A stretch of DNA of 64,000 nt, taken from the NCBI GenBank assembly GCA_016748015.1, contig JAAOMT010000590.1, forward strand, positions 677,912-741,911, read 5' to 3'. The position numbers and the translations under genes were made by a program. How positions within the stretch are numbered: position 1 is the stretch's first letter; every line of letters begins with the position of its first letter. Below the pieces are notes generated by a model. That model was not told the DNA's origin. It saw nothing but the letters and a program-made list of their open reading frames with translations, and ran no database searches. Positions 38,301 through 51,708 of this stretch are shown piece by piece. This DNA comes from Geosiphon pyriformis uo1. Its lineage: Eukaryota; Fungi; Glomeromycota.

Positions 38301-41300
38301 GCTACATGCTGATGAGATTCTATCTAAGAGAATCTTAGAAAAAATCTTGCGAGTAGTCTCAATCAAGGCAATAGGTCAGGTGTTTGTAAAAACTCTTTCC
38401 TACTTATACAGCTTGAGAATTATTGAGACCCAAGCTTTTTTCCAAGTACTGAGTACAGATTCACGGATCAAACAAGAATTCAAAAGCACCAAAAGCATAT
38501 TCAAGATTGACTTGTCACAATGTTTCCAGAGCTCATTCAAAATTCCAGAAAAACCAGCAGCTTTGCTCTTAGGCAGATTAGAAACCATATTAAGCAATTC
38601 ATTAAAATTAATTGGACATATTACATCCGAAAAAGCACCATCAAAAACATGTTTCAAAGGCCAGTATTGTTGTAACTAATTATTTGAGATATTAGACACC
38701 ATTCTGCACTTTCTGGTCCAATCTTCCATGATTCCATCCACTCCAGATTTAACTAAGCTGGGCTCCAATACCAACTTATTACCTACAACCAGATGATCCA
38801 AAACCACTTTGCAAAAAGAATGCTCCAAAACACTTCTAATAATGTAACTCTTATCCAACTCAAAACATTCCATTTTTTTATTAACAGCCATCTTGATGTG
38901 TAATTCTTCAACTTGTCTGAATTCCAGCATTTTAGAAGAACAGTAAAATTTCCTCACTTTAGTCAAAGCTGAACAAATTGTGTTAAAATTGGAATCTAAA
39001 AAAAATAGAGATTTTACTACCAATGCACCAATGGCATCAAGCTCATCCCACATATTCAACAATGATGCAAATTTTACACTAGAAACCAAATGGGAAGTCT
39101 TAACTAGCTTGAACACCAACAACTCCAGCTTATAAAATCTAGAAGACTCCTTGGTGAAAATTTTATCATAACCCTTAAACTATTTCTTTTCAAATGTATC
39201 ATTTGCTGAAAGAGTTAATATCTTATGAATAATATCCTACATAGCATCTAAATCTGAGAATTCTACAGAGGCAGTAAACTCACTTGAGAACATTACAGCA
39301 TTGGCTGATATAGCACTCTTAAAATTGTCACATTTTTTTTCTTCAGTATTTTTCAAATCAAATTTTCAATGATCTCTATTTGCCTGTTTGTAAAAAGAGT
39401 TTAATTGCATATCTAAAAGCCCACCCAAATTTATGAACACAGAAACAGCCTGGTAATCCATCTCAAAATGCTCATCAACTCCCAAAATGTTGTGATATAC
39501 TATCATGTTGACCAGATTCGGAGAAACCAACACATAATTAATCATTTTTATGATGTCTCTAAAGTTTTCCCAAGTAGGCTTTTTCAACACTTTGCTTCCA
39601 GTCAAAGAATTAACAAGACTCAAATCAAGACACTTTTTGAAACTTGCACTTTTACACAAACTATCTTTATTGAAGTCACCACCAAGAATGACAAAAGAAG
39701 ATTTGTTCACAGCCTTTGTAATAAGAGAGTTGATTTCACCAGTCTGAGAAAAGCAAACTGCTTGAAAAGCACCAGCATAAAGTTCCAAAACTGAAACTAA
39801 AAGTTTATTCTTGAAAAGCAATTTGATAGACAGGAGCCAACCAAGCACTTCTAAAACCTTACATACATGTCTTGCCAAAGAAGAATTCATAATGATCACA
39901 ACACTAGCACCTAGATGACCAGATTCCAAACCAGAGGTAAACACCCAAATACCATCAAATTTGTTGACAATCCAAGAATGAACCTTTTTACTTAACTTCA
40001 ATTTCATAAAAATAGAAACTAAATTGTTTTTGTCTTTGTGCCAATGAATAACATTGTTCTGCTTCATAGGATTGTTTAATTCTCTAATATTGCACATGGC
40101 AATCTTCCAAACTAGACTGGTCATTGAGAAAAGGGTTTGAGAAGTGCATTACCAGCCAAAATCAAACCATCAAATCTCACTGTTAGACTTAAAACCGAAG
40201 CAGAAAGTCCTTTCAATATGTTTTTTAATCTTTTCACTTCAGAAGAGGCAGAAGAGTCCAAATTTGCAGCAGTCTTACTACTTGTCGTCTCATCCAAACC
40301 CTTTCTCATCACTATATTACCCACTTGATCTTGTAATGGAGAGGTTACCAGCATTTAACATCCAGGACTAGGCTGGAAAACTGCTGGCACAAGTGAGGCT
40401 AATAAGACCACTCTTCAAAACAGCAAACTTTTTTTCAATATCAAATACAACAGATAGGATAGGCTTCATCTCCGAAGAGGGACCAGAATTGACCAAATTA
40501 TTATGCCCAAAGAAAGGAGGAAATGGAGAGCCACCAGCAATTTTCATTCAAAAAACTCCACCAAAAGCAACAAGATGAGCAACAGAAGCTGAACATTTGG
40601 CATAGATAATAACCAGTCTGCTTTTATCTACGTCTGAAAATACTCTATGAAAAGATCTTCCAGAGGGGAGATTCTCACTTACAGAACAGCCCAATGATGT
40701 ATGACTTATTTTCTTATACTTAGCACATATAGAAAAATCCAGATAAGACCAATGCAAATTTATGCTCCTTAAAACCAGAGTAGTATCCATGACAGCATCC
40801 AAGGATTCAGCTGATTCAAAACAAACAACAACACACCTGGTCCAAGCATATGTAACAGAATGTTGATCAATTACACATGTTTTCCCACTCACTAAGCCAA
40901 TGAAATCTCAGATGTTGTGAGCATTCATTCCTATTAGCAGAGTATAGAACAATGCCCTATGGTAATCTTTTACATTCCATGATTTTTTGTTTTTATCAGT
41001 CTTGGCCACATGTACAGCATTCTTGCCAATCAGAATAGACCAACGAACTGCAACCAAATCAGTCTGTTCAATCTTACCAAATTTGACTACAGCTTTTTGC
41101 CACAATTTCATTAATTGCATTTTGATCAACTTAATCACACCAAACTCAGATAGTGCAGCATATATAGCCTCAACTAATGTTCCAACTGGAATTTTTTTTA
41201 CTACTACAGTCTGATCTGAGTGCCCAGAAAATTTTTTGAGATCAGTGTTTACCAGGATCTTTGCATCCTCAGCTTTTTTGGAAGCCTGTGCCAAGCTTGA

Positions 41301-42040
41301 TTTGAAAGTAAATGACGTTCTGATGATCTCAGCAAATTTTAAAAGAGTAGAGGCCTTTCCAAAACCATTGATTTTTGAAAATAACTTTCTGATTACTTGA
41401 AGCTTTTCTTGAAAAGATTTTTCAACCACCTTGTTCAACCCAATATCCAAAGCAAAAGATTTGTAAACAGAAACATTGACCAGATTCTTTAAAGGTAGAA
41501 AAAGTTCCAATAGAGCATCTAAAGAATATCATTTTTATCATTGCTTAAAGAAAAATTAATCTTATCCAACAGTTTGCCTAACTCTTTCTTGGTTTTAACT
41601 CTCAAACTAGTAAGTGTCTGATTAGGATCTCCTCTAACAATAGGACCACTTTCTTCATAATCAAAACTGGTTTCTTCTACCAAACATTCTTTCTTTATAT
41701 TAATACTATCAGACTCAGTGGTGTTATCAGTCTCTAAACTTCATGAGCAACTATTTTAAACCTTAGGACCAATATTTTTACCACCAGAACCATCTTTTAG
41801 AACACCACCTCTCCTTTTTTTCCTCAGAAGAACAGGCCTAAAACCATCACTAGAACCAGAAACTTTAGCAGCTTTCTTTATGACAGCAATACTACAACCA
41901 ATGGTGGTCTCGTAATCAAGAATAAAGAGTTTAAATTTATTGTACTGAATTGTAAAAAAACTTCTTTCAAAAAAACTTGATACTTTTTTTTAGGAATTTG
42001 AGATGAAGAAGATAAAAAAGTTTTTTTTTTTATGATCTCA
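35305..42040 (-). mobile_element. LINE copy 2, full length and inactivated (ORF1 ~41915-40121; ORF2 40124-35436 with APE, RT, RNase H, Zn finger)
   Basis: APE WKIAMCNIRE...ILGGDFN; RT FVDNTIW; RNase H ELQAIALA...LFLDSQAALD; poly(A) at 35305-35313; many in-frame stops. Confidence 0.92.
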
Positions 42041-42227
42041 TTTTTTAAATATTAGTAAAATTTATAATATATTTAAAAAACAAAGAAAAAAAAGTTTTAG
42101 TTTTTATTTTATTAGTTTAATATTTGTAATTAAATAATTTAATAAATTAATAATTAAAATTATATATAAAAATATAATTTTTTTGTTTTTAAAACTAGTA
42201 ATTATCAATTAAAGTAAAAAATATATT

Positions 42228-45200
42228 TTTTTTTTATTAATGCATTTAACGAGCATAGTCCAATTGCTATCTAGTACATAGAGCCAAACTAAGAGACTCA
42301 AATTAAATGTAATTCATACACTCTCTACATGTGGCTAGCCACTTAGGCCAGACAAGACAATACTACACATTTATATTAACTTATACACTGCCATCTAGAC
42401 CAGAAAAGAAACAAAACGGCTTCTGACAACCAAAGTTAATAGCAAAAAAATTGGCCACACCAAGCAATCTTACAATACCATCAGACAAAACTGAAGGCAC
42501 ATCATAAGATAGTCCAAAAACAACACCACCATCACAAACCAGACCAGTCTTCTCTATTACCACCCGGTGGCTGGACCTAACCAACCACACCTTAGCATGA
42601 TGTAACCCAACAACAAACCTGACATAATTAACAATCTGAGCAGCAGCTACCTTACTATTCTCGAAAATACTGCAAGCCTCTTCATACCACTCCCTCAGCA
42701 CAAAACCTTTGCAAATCAAAGTATACAACCCAACATTAATGGAACATTGTAACAAAACTCACAATATGGTGGAAGTAGGAGAACCACCAGCCAAAGCTGA
42801 CCAATAAGCAGAAGCCTCAGCCAAGATCTCACCACGAACACCAGACTCATGAACACAAGTAAAAGCATGGTCAAAGAACTCCACCCCACCGCACAATAAA
42901 CACAACACACTAGGATAACACTTATTATACAATTTTTTTCTGATTGCCACTGGCAATTTCCTGTGCACAGCCTTCATAAAATAAGTGCAAAGCGTTGAGG
43001 ACTTATGACTAGTGAACCCAGCAAGCATATAAGAATCAGAATGCCACACTTTCACAGTGACAACCCAATCTATGCAACCAATCATTGCATCCAGAACCAC
43101 ATCACAACCAAAACCAGCCTCCCAATAAGCACGACAAATGGACCAAAAAATATCCCTGACAAAATGATGGGCATTGCCAGAAACAACAATACTCTTAGCA
43201 ACCAAAAAATGTTCATGCACATCAGCAAAAAGAGAAAAGGAAGATCCAGAGGCAGCCCCAGCAGCCAAGTCAGCCTCCACATTACTGGAAATCCCAGAGT
43301 GGCCCTTCATCTTAACTTAACTCACACTAAAACCTTTATTCCTGACCAAATTAAAAATATGATGCCCTTTCAGTCAGCATTAATTATGGAAATCAGGGGT
43401 GGCCAAAGACATCTCAGACACACATGCGTCAATAGCAGCCTGACTGTCAAGATACAACACCACAGTACTTGAAGAAGGAATACACTCCAAAGACAAAGCA
43501 ACAGCCTGTAATTTGGCTATAGTAGATGACAAAAGGCCACAAACAGTGACACCAATGCTCTTATCCAAGACCAGGAAGTATGTAGCAACACCACAAGTGA
43601 CTTCAGCAGAGCCTGCATTCCTCAAAGACCCATCTGTAAAAACTTCAAAAAAGCCAGACCAAATGTCATATAAACCATCTTTCACTGCAAAAAATTCACC
43701 AGACCCCAAAATGTTCAAACCAAGCTTCTTTGCAGAGCTAATAGAATCAAAAAACAAATAACCCTGATCCTTCAAAAATTCAGAAGAAACCACGAACCAA
43801 TGAGGCACAGGACCACACAGATTCAATCTCTTCCAATGACGAAAAGTTTTCTAATCTAACAAAACACCCTTCTTATCAAAAAATTGATCACCAAAAGTGA
43901 CACCAAAGTGTTTAAGAGATTTGACTGAATCAAAATACAGAGACTTTCCAAGAATAGAGGACAATGGAAAATGACCAGGACTATGAAACACAGTGGGGAG
44001 GTTGTTCACCAAAAACAACTCACTGCCTAAAAAAATCTTCATCATCCCAGCCAAAAAATTGTCCACTGAATTAACATGCAACCTAACTGGAAACTGCAAC
44101 AGATCCAAAAACCTATGGCTAAACAAACATCTGAGAATACCAGAGGCATTAGAGAACATTATCAGAGCAGCAATCTTTCCCTCTGACTGCACTTGCTCAA
44201 AAGGCTTCAGGCCATACAATAAGGGATGATGCAAAGCAGCATCAGGAAAATCATGGGAGAGACAAGCCTTAGATCTGAAACCCTTCCTAATTAAGACATC
44301 CCACTTGCGACAAACATTAGAAGGGACAAAACTGAACTGAATATGATAGTTGACAATAAGCTGCAAAACAGCCAAAACCAGATAGGAAAATTGTTTATCT
44401 GTAATAGCCTTCTTGAGCACAACATTGACAAAAAAATGTACATCTGCATGAGCCTTAGCAACACTCAGCCTTGAGAGCCCTTCAGTTGACAAAAAAATAC
44501 CCAAATACCAATGTGCTTTACTTTTCCTAGCAATAGAAATTGGCTGACCACAAATGCTTAATGAAGCCACTTTAACACCCTGATTGATAGGAATAGCTAC
44601 CATCTTTTCACTGTTGATAGAAATATCATTGACCACAAAAAATTCACTGGCAATGTTCAGAGCATATTGAGTGGAAGCCTGACAATTCCCAACCCAAATT
44701 GTATCATCAACAAATGCACCAGCCAAAAAATACGATGTCAAACCACCATCACTTTCAATTCTGCCAGTTTTCAAAACAAACTTATTATCAATCCAGTACT
44801 CACACAAATGTTTATGCCTCTTAACCTCACACAAAAGTGGATCGTAAAAAATTCTCCATAGAAGTGGCAAAAAGACCTTACCCTGATCCAGCCCATTATG
44901 CACCTTATAACCATCAAACAAACCAAAGTCAGTCATCACCCTGTTAACTCTATTCTTATGAATACCACCAAAAAACCTTATGAATCTCTCACACATCTTG
45001 ACATGCCGCAAACTAGCCCTCAAATAATGTCATCCAACTGAATTGTAAGCTTTCTACATATCTTGCAAGACCAATCACAACTCCCTATTTTTCTCAAGGG
45101 CATCCTCAATCACTAAACTGACAGCAAACACTAGAGATTGTGTGGACGTACCCTTTAGCACTGAGAAGTTGTCACCTCGAAGAACATTGAACTTGTTACA

Positions 45201-48200
45201 AGCCATTAAAATACGATCAGACAGAACTTTGGAAAGAATTTTCCTGGCAGTCTCAATCAAAGCAATAGGCTAAGTGTTTGTAAGAACCCCATTCCAGTCA
45301 TAAGGCTTAGGAATCATAGACACCCATGCCCTCTTCCACAAAACAGGCACCACACCAACAGACAAACACTTATTGAACAGTGCCAACAGACACCCCAAAA
45401 CCACTTCTCCACCATGCTTCCACAACTCATTAGGAACGCCAGACAAACCAGCAGCCTTGCCATCAGGTAAACTACTAACAACAGAAAGTAGCTCTCCCAT
45501 ACTGATTGTACACATAACACCTGAAAAGGCATCATTCCGAACATAGTCTAAAGGCACATACTGACAAGCCCAAAGATCAGGAAGCACTGACTGCACAGAG
45601 CATTTCCTGTCCACCCCTCCATTATTCTGTCCACACTTGACTTCATTTTTCCAGGCAGCAACACCAAATCATCATCAACTACCAAATGATCCAACACCAC
45701 CTTGTGAAAGAGTCTTTCCAACACACTCCTGATCATACTACCTTTGTTTGAACAGAAATTATCCATACACTTTTCAATCGCCTTCCTGACAGACACTTTT
45801 TCAGCCAATCTCAACTCAAACATTTTAGATCTCCTATAATCTCTGCGAACCAATGACAAATGCCTAACAACAACATTAGATTTAACCCTTGAGTCAACCA
45901 AGTCTTTGAAAGCACAAGCCTTTACAACATCCAGAGTCAACCATTTACTCACAAGACAATTAGTATCAGACAAGTCACTAGAGCAAAACTTCTTAACAAT
46001 CTTGGCCACTAACATTTCCAGACCAAAAAACCTAGAAGAATGTACGTTTCTTGAACACTTGAATTTGCTAAACCAATGCCTCGAAAATGTCGCATCAGCA
46101 GAATCTACCACAGCCCCCACCAAGACTGCCCACATAGCATCCACATCACCACACATTTCAGCACCAGAGAATGCCTCACCCAAAGACAAGAGTTTTGTTA
46201 AGGAGAGATCCTTAAATTTAGCCCATTCAGTACAGTCAACATCCTTGATTTTGAACTTCCAACAGTCTCTATTTGCCTGCTTGTGCAAACTATTCAATTG
46301 AACATCCAGAAGCCCACTCAAACCAACCAAAACCACCACTGCCCTGTGATCAGTGTCAAAGAAATCCGAAACAGAGACCACTTGATGACCAGCTACAGCA
46401 AAAGACAAATTATCACCAACAAAAATGTAATTAATCATCTTCCCAACTCCTCTTGAGTTGCTCCACGTATGAGAATCAACCAAATGATGACTGACAAATG
46501 AGTTAACTAAACCCAGACTCAAACAAAACTTGAAACTAGCACTTTTATCAGATCCATTCTCATTAAAGTCCCCACCCAAGATAACAAAATTGCTGGAGTT
46601 AACAGCCTTTGCAATAAGAGAATTAACTTCAGAAGTCTGACCAAACTTAGCCCCAAATGAGGCACCAGCATACAACCCCAAAACAGTAACCAAAAGCTTG
46701 CCCTTAAACAAGAGCCAAACAGAAATAACCCGACTGGGAACCTCCTCTATCTTAGAAACATGATGAGCCAAAAAAGTGTTTATAATAATAGCAATCCCAG
46801 TACCCATAAAACTTTTATCCAATTCTAAAGAAAAGATTTGCACTCCATCAAACTTATCCTTTATTTAAGGCCCAAAAGAGGATCTCAACTTCATTTCAGT
46901 AATAAAAGAAACCATATTTCCCGAGTCCATATGCCAATGAATAACATCTGCTTGCTTCACAAAAACATTGATACCTTGAACATTGCACATAGCAAATTTC
47001 CAAACTAAACAGCTCATTGGGATGAAGATAGAAAAAGACGACCCAAATTAGAGCACAAAAGATCCAATCTTGCCAGAACAGCACCAATTGAAGCTTTTAG
47101 AGCAGACATCTTAGATTCCAAACCACCCACTTTGGAGGTAAAAACCCTAGAACCACTTGAGCTAAAAACAGCAGCAGATTCACCAGCACCAGAAAAGGGG
47201 AAAACAGATAAAATTGATCCCTTATCTAAAGCCATATCCAAACCCACAACTGAAGCCACAGGCACAGAGACAACTGGAAACGCACCATCAGAGAGAGAAG
47301 CCAACAGCACCAAATCGACAAAACTGAGCTTCTTCAATATACCAGAAATCTGATCTGCCAAAATCTCTAAAGAGTGTTCCAATGTTGCCAAATGAATGTC
47401 CAATTGAGACATAACAAGAGAATCAGATATCAAAGGAGAAGGAACCAAACCAGAACATGCACCAGCACTAGAAGAACCAGAGGAAGACACACGAGAAAGA
47501 GAATCACCAGCAACTTAAGCCCAAGTTTTACCAGCGAAAGACATGGAATAGGAGATAGGAGCCTGTTTCTTCTTATAAATGCCAGCCAAATGAACCTGAT
47601 CCTGATCAGAAATCACTCACTTCCCGCAAAATCTAGAATTCTCACCTACAGGACAAACACCAGAAACATGACCAAATTGTTTACATGCAGTACAACAGGC
47701 CAGAAAAAGACCAGCCCAATGTAAATTCGCACCCTTGAACACCAGAACTGAACCAATAGCTGCCAACTTGGATGCCTCATCACCAAAACAAATTATCGCA
47801 CATCTATTATGAACATAAGAACTAGGATTCTGGCCAATGAAACAAGTCTTCTCACCATACAATTCCAGCAAGCCTGACAAATCGTGAGCAGTAATTTCAG
47901 TTGGTAAAGTATAAGGCAAAGCCTTATGTTGATCTCTAGATACCCACATTTGTTTATCATTGATTGCCTTGGCCACACAAACAGAATTCTTTTCCACCAA
48001 CACAGACCATTGAGCTGCAACCAAATCAGCCATTTTTGATGATTCATATTTTATCAGGGCCTTCTGCCAAAGACCAATAAGTTGCAACTTAATAGCCACA
48101 ATTCTACCAAATTTGGAAAACACTGTCTCAATTACTGATCTGAGAAGATCTATTAGAATCTTCTTGACGATTACTTCCTGATCCGAATGGCTATTTACTT

Positions 48201-49093
48201 TTCTTACATTATTATTGACAAAGATTTTTTCACTAATCGCCATTTCCCTAGCCTTTTTCAAACTCAATTCAGAAGTAAAAGACAATCTTATTATGCCTGA
48301 AAACTTTGAGGGAGTTGACATCCCCCCCAAAACCATCAATTTGATAAAAAATCTTTTTTACTGCAATCAACTTATCACTGTTGGTTTTTTCGGGCACAGC
48401 AGACAGCTCTATATTTAGAGTAAAAGATTTGACTGGCTTAAAACTACATGTATCTGCTGCATGTGATTTAATCAATGGCACAGAGCTGGCAAACTCAGGA
48501 GAAGAAAGCATCAAAATGTCATCATCATCATTCATGTTATCAAATATCGGAACCTTTGGCAGGTGTCCCAACACATATGTCTGAGTATGGGTTTTTCTAG
48601 GCGTTGTTTTGTCCTCATTTTCACCATGCTCAGAAGCAACTGAATTCACGTAACTGGTTTCTTCAGTGACCATATTTTCCATGTTCTCTATGTCAGAAAG
48701 ACCACTAACACTACTAGCTACACTACCTATTTCGCTGCCCCAAGACACTGCAGGTTCTGTTCCAGAGTCACCTATATTCAACAAATTCAACAGTCCAATA
48801 GACAAGTCCATCATGCCTCCACTTGTTTTGGGCTTTTTCGGTTTTTTAAATGACGCACCATGGGAGTAGACACTATCTACTCACTTTTTTTTGGTGTTTA
48901 GACAGATCCCCAAACCAGTCAAGCCAGAGCCAGAACCACCAGCAGATAAGTTCACCAGTTCCATCGCAATAAATAAAGAGTTGTTTGAAGAAATAATTAT
49001 AGGAAACAAAGAGAAATAGGAGAAGGGAAAACTATAACTTCGATAAATTTTTCGCTCTCATCGTGGCCAGGGGATCGACAAGAGAAAGTTTTT
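42228..49093 (-). mobile_element. LINE copy 3, full length and least decayed (ORF1 48964-47014; ORF2 47017-42381), flanked by a 13-bp TSD
   Basis: ORF1 Zn knuckle CTACKQFGHVSGVC; APE ILGGDFN/TDH; RT YDPLLCEVKR, GAFVDDTIW; RNase H FTDGSL, LYLDSQAAID, KGHSG; CLLCGGVEFFDHAFTC; poly(A); TAAAAAATATATT at 42215-27 and 49094-106. Confidence 0.95.
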
Positions 49094-49106
49094 TAAAAAA
49101 TATATT

Positions 49107-50890
49107 AAGCAATTAATTATTTATTAGTTTAATAAATATGTTATTATTATTATTATTTAAATAAAAAAATATTATAGTATATAACCAAAATAAAATTAGT
49201 TATTATAATTAATATAATTATAACAAAAATTGCTTATAAACAATCAATCAATTAAATATTAATATTAAAAACAATATAATAATTAAAAATATTAAATAAT
49301 ACCAAAAATATCAAAAAATATTATAAATACTATAAAATTTTTAAATAATAGCTTAAAATAATTAAAAATAAATAAATTTAATAAATACAAAAAATTTCTT
49401 ATAATAATATTTTTAAAAATATATTTTTTTAGTTTTTTTAAGTTTTTATTAATTTAATAATATAAATATTAAATATGATACTTAATTTTAATTTAGTTAT
49501 TAATATTGAATAATATTACCAATAATAATATTTATTAATCTTATTTAAATTAATATTTAGTTGTATTATTTAATATAATAAATTTAATTAATTATTATTA
49601 ATTTTAAAAACAAAACAAGTTATATTTTATTATGTAAATTTTTTAAATAAATACTTTTTATTTTAATATTTAATATTATTATAAAAATCAAATTAAAATA
49701 TATTATTAATATTAAAAATTATATAACTAAATAAAAAATTAATAATTTGGTTTTAAATATATTATAAAAAATCTGAATATTATTCTTTTTTATTAAAATT
49801 AATCAATAAACAAAACAGTATTATTAATAAAAAATATGACTTTTTTATATAAAAAATTACAATATATATTATAAAAATTTAGATTATATATTTAATTTAT
49901 CAAAATTAACTAGCAATAAAAAATAAAAAATTAAAATTTAATCTAATTACAACAAAAAATATAGCATAATTTAATTATTAATTAAAAAACAAAAAAATTT
50001 TAACAATAATAAAAATTAACAAATATTATATATAATTTAATAATAATAAATTTTATGTTTTTTTATATAATTTATTATTTTAAATTTGTAATTATTAGTT
50101 AAAAAGTATTTTTTTTTATTATTTGAAAAAATTATTGTTGTTATTAATAAAAAAGTTTGGTTGTTAATTTAATAATATTATTAATTAAAATTTTTGCCAA
50201 TAAAATAAATTTTAAATTTGTTTTTAATAATAAATATTGTTACCAGTAAAATTTTAATTAGTAATTAGCATGAAATTACTCTTATAATTTCTATTATTAA
50301 TTAATATATATTATTATCATTCAAATTATTATTTATTATTTAATCAAAATTATTAAAGATTACTATTTAATTAATAATTCAATTTGTACAATAAAAATTA
50401 GGATGATTAAATTACACAATATTTCAAATTATATAATATTCAAGAATTCCCCAATATTTGTAAAAATTTGCCAAAATAATAAATAATTCATTGAAATAGT
50501 TAATAGTTCATTAAAATAATCTGTAATTTGTTAAAATATATTTTAAGTTCATCAAAATTATAGCAAAAAAAAAAGTTTAAGTTTATAAACTAATATTATA
50601 ACAAGTTATATAAAAAAAAACTTTTTTTAAGAAAATATATTTTACTTTAAATTTACTCTTATTAATATAATTTAAAAATAAAATATAATTTAAAAAACCA
50701 ATTTTTAAAATATTTATATTTAACACTTTCCAAAATCCAAAACTAATATATTAAAATTAATTAGTTACCAATTTTAGTAATCCATTAGTGATTTCAGATT
50801 TAAACAAAAAACAATTCTCTTAACAAAATTTTAATTTTTTTACATATTTTTTATTTTTTTATTTTTTTCTTATTATAATTATTAAGATAC
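49107..50890. other. Extreme AT-rich block containing a 20-bp-period repeat ghost (50445-50558)
   Basis: About 90% A+T, CpG-free, no ORFs. Confidence 0.7.
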
Positions 50891-50894
50891 TCTA

Positions 50895-51015
50895 CAGACA
50901 AGATTTTTATAGAAGAGTTGATTTTTATTATAAAGTAACTATATATATTTTAGTGAGCTTTCAGACAAGCAATTTTTGAGAAAAAGTTGACTTTTACTAC
51001 AAAATAACTATATAT
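50895..51015. repeat. Tandem duplication, two ~67-bp-spaced copies of CAGACAAG...AGTTGA...AACTATATAT
   Basis: Copies start at ~50895 and ~50962 and differ mostly by transitions. Confidence 0.75.
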
Positions 51016-51251
51016 TATTACTTATAGAAGATAAAAATTATAGTAGTATATATTAGCCAATCAGAAGTAGACATAGTAAAATATGAAATTCCAGAATTCC
51101 TCTTAGAGAAATTATAAAATTCCAGGAACTACAGAATTTTTATATGAAAAATTGCAGGATTTCAAAATTCCAGGATTTCTCTTAAAAAATTGCAGAATTT
51201 CAGGAATTCCAGGATTTCTGGCAAGAAGAATTAAGGAATCTCAAATATGTA
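51016..51251 (+). mobile_element. Truncated LTR of a related gypsy family, in opposite orientation to the adjacent full element
   Basis: TATTACTTATAGAA...ATTAGCCAATCAGAAGTAG...(GGAATTCC/GCAGGATT repeats)...GGAATCTC matches the reverse complement of 52340-52560 and 61640-61880. Confidence 0.85.
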
Positions 51252-51253
51252 TA

Positions 51254-51445
51254 CAGTGAACTCTCTTTATAGTTCCTCTGGTTATAGTCACTATCTTCTT
51301 ATAATCACATTTTTTTAAAAACCAAAACCATTTATATATAATATTATCTCCTTATAGTCACTTTTACTATATATATTTCCTTATAGTCCCTATCCTCACA
51401 AATATGATAGCAGAATATAAGTAATTTTCATTCTCTATAGTCACA
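51254..51445 (+). mobile_element. Left end of a Tc1/mariner(pogo)-type DNA transposon: TA|CAGTGAACTCTCTTTATAGT plus subterminal TATAGTCAC repeats
   Basis: A CAGT terminus after TA lies exactly where the LTR fragment stops; about six TATAGTC(A/C)C-like repeats follow. The partner TIR was not found in the window. Confidence 0.6.
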
Positions 51446-51708
51446 CTATAATTATATAATATTAGATATAAACATCAGATGTTATCTCATATTTAATCAG
51501 ACATGTACAGTCAGAAAGATTTCCCAATTGTCAATGAAAATTATTCTTTTTATGGTAGTAAAAAAAATTAGAGAAGTTTCTGAAAACAATTGTAGAACAC
51601 TAAACAAAATTTCTCAAATATTACAACATTCAATTACTCTTCTTTATAAGCCACCACTGCCATCAGAAAACAATGACGGAACTATTATATCTAGCTTGTT
51701 GTTTATGG

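Noticed and set aside
35290-42052. TTTTTTAAATAT as the TSD of LINE copy 2
   Set aside because: Low complexity and not flush with the poly(A) tail, so it cannot be told from chance.
43005-48869. Many plus-strand ORFs over the LINEs
   Set aside because: Antisense shadow ORFs of ORF1/ORF2 with no independent motifs.
49035-49075. Hammerhead ribozyme at the LINE 5' end (ACGATGAGAGCGAAA on the minus strand)
   Set aside because: The core deviates from CUGANGA and stem II cannot form.
50445-50558. CRISPR-like repeat-spacer array
   Set aside because: 13-bp repeats and 7-8-bp spacers are far too short, there are no cas genes, and the context is eukaryotic. The 23622 and LTR arrays are plain tandem repeats.
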